NCBI GenBank assembly: GCA_040954595.2
Contig: CM082589.2
Span: 11,234,894 to 11,298,893, forward strand
Length of the DNA: 64,000 bases
Source: Balanoglossus misakiensis
Taxonomy: Eukaryota; Animalia; Hemichordata
Direction: 5' to 3'
Of this stretch, positions 62,642 through 64,000 are shown piece by piece. How positions within the stretch are numbered: position 1 is the first letter of the stretch; every line of letters starts with the position of its first letter. The notes under the pieces were generated by a model. It saw only the letters and a list, made by a program, of their open reading frames with translations, searched no databases and was not told the DNA's origin. Position numbers and translations under genes: made by a program.

Positions 62642-64000
62642 TCAATCAGTCACATAATCTTTGTATCGAGACGGCTTTTGTATATTTGTACTGGTTCGTG
62701 TTGATCTCAACGATTCTTGGGCTGGTGACGCTGGCATTGCGGGTTGTTGAGGCGGTGTTCCGTCTGTGACTGCTGGTGCAATATTGTGTTGATCCATCCC
62801 TGTCTGTGCTGGTTTCAGTTCTGCGCTGACTGGTTTCATGTGGATCCTGTTGCGTCGCATTTGTTTCCCGTTGTCTAACTTCACGGTGTAGGACCTAGGT
62901 GTGTTTGCTGGGGCTACAACTCTCGCTGGACTCCATGTTTTGCTGATTGGGCTTTGTACATGGACTTGTTGACCTGTCAGCAATTCTGGTAGTTGTCTGG
63001 AGTGCTGGTCGTGGCTGGAAGTCTGGGCCTGCTGTTGAGATGTCAGGTATTGACGAACTTCCTCCCCGTTTCTTGCTGGGTGAATTTTGGCTGGGAGAGT
63101 TGTCTTGTATGCTCTGCTGTTCAGCAACTCAGCTGGTGATGGTATGTTGGACTTCAATGGAGTCGCGCGAAGTGCCAACAATGCTAGATTCGGATCATCT
63201 CCGGACTCTTTGCACTTCATCAGGATGTTCTTCACGGTCTGTACATGTCGCTCGATAAAACCGTGCCCTTTGGGATAGTGTGGTGATGATGTGACTATCG
63301 CAAAACTATACTTCTCAGTTAGGCTGTGGAAGTCTCTAGCTGTAAACTGAGATCCGTTGTCACAAACTAGTTTCTCGGGTATTCCTTGCTCTGCAAATAG
63401 AATTCGGAGGGCTCTCATAATGGTACTGGCTCTGAGGTCTTCAAGTTTCCTAATGAAGGGGAACTTGAAGTAGTAGTCAGCAACTATCATGTACCATGTT
63501 TGGTTCACGTAGAATAGGTCTGCTCCAATTGTGTGCCACGGTCGTGGTGGAATTTCCATTGGAATCATCGGTTCCTTCTGCTGGGAATTCTGGAATTTCT
63601 GGCACGCGTTGCATCCTGTTACTAGTCTCTCTATATCTTTACAAATTCCAGGCCAGTACATGCTGGATCTGGCTCTCAGCTTGCATTTCTCGATCCCCAG
63701 GTGACTGCTATGAATGCGTTGTAGCATTCCATCTCTCATTACTGCTGGTATGAGGAGTCGGCTGCCTATCAGGATAATACCATCTTCGATAGCGATATCG
63801 TCTCGAATAGACCAGTAGGGTCGAATATCAGCGTGAATGTCCTTGATGCTATCTGGCCATCCTTTCAGGACTTGCTGGATCAATAATTGAAGAATTTCAT
63901 CTTTGGTAGTTTCTTCTTTGATCTCCATCTGTCTCATTGGTGTGATCTTCACCAGGTGGTGTATCTAGACTTTCATGTCACTGATTTCGTTCTGATCTTG
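62642..64000 (-). pseudogene. Ty3/Gypsy pol C-terminus (integrase), element truncated by the window edge
   Basis: HHCC zinc motif (HSSHLG..CNAC), DDE core (GADLF, CDNGSQF, GFIERHVQ) and PRSY..RRNR tail. An in-frame TAG lies at 63965-63967, upstream of the listed ORF. Confidence 0.92.

Overview
AT-rich, intron-containing animal genomic DNA, probably from a marine invertebrate (inference from gene and repeat style). The main object is a ~18.5 kb DNA transposon at 12398-30921. It has ~26-bp terminal inverted repeats and two mutually inverted subterminal tandem arrays built on the palindromic core (A/G)GACATGTCCGG. It carries two divergently oriented 10-exon genes. On + is a Sola-like DDD transposase with a C-terminal Tudor/SH3-like barrel, carrying a nonsense codon and a lost splice acceptor. 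On - is an apparently intact ~750-aa protein fusing a ParB/Srx-like domain to a beta-class amino(N4C/N6A)-methyltransferase-like domain. The element lies ~265 bp downstream of the stop codon of a host gene: the 3' part of an Uninflatable/SVEP1-like type I membrane protein on - (31187-40218). The rest is repeat-dense. It includes 160-bp and 86-bp satellites, many MITEs, tandem Helentron/HINE-like elements, and a large mosaic inverted duplication with tandem OB-fold gene fragments and tRNA-like heads. That duplication surrounds a 2.5-kb (ATGT)n(ATGC)n tract. The window ends in the integrase, PPT and 3' LTR of a Gypsy element. All gene models were spliced and translated by eye; no database searches were run.
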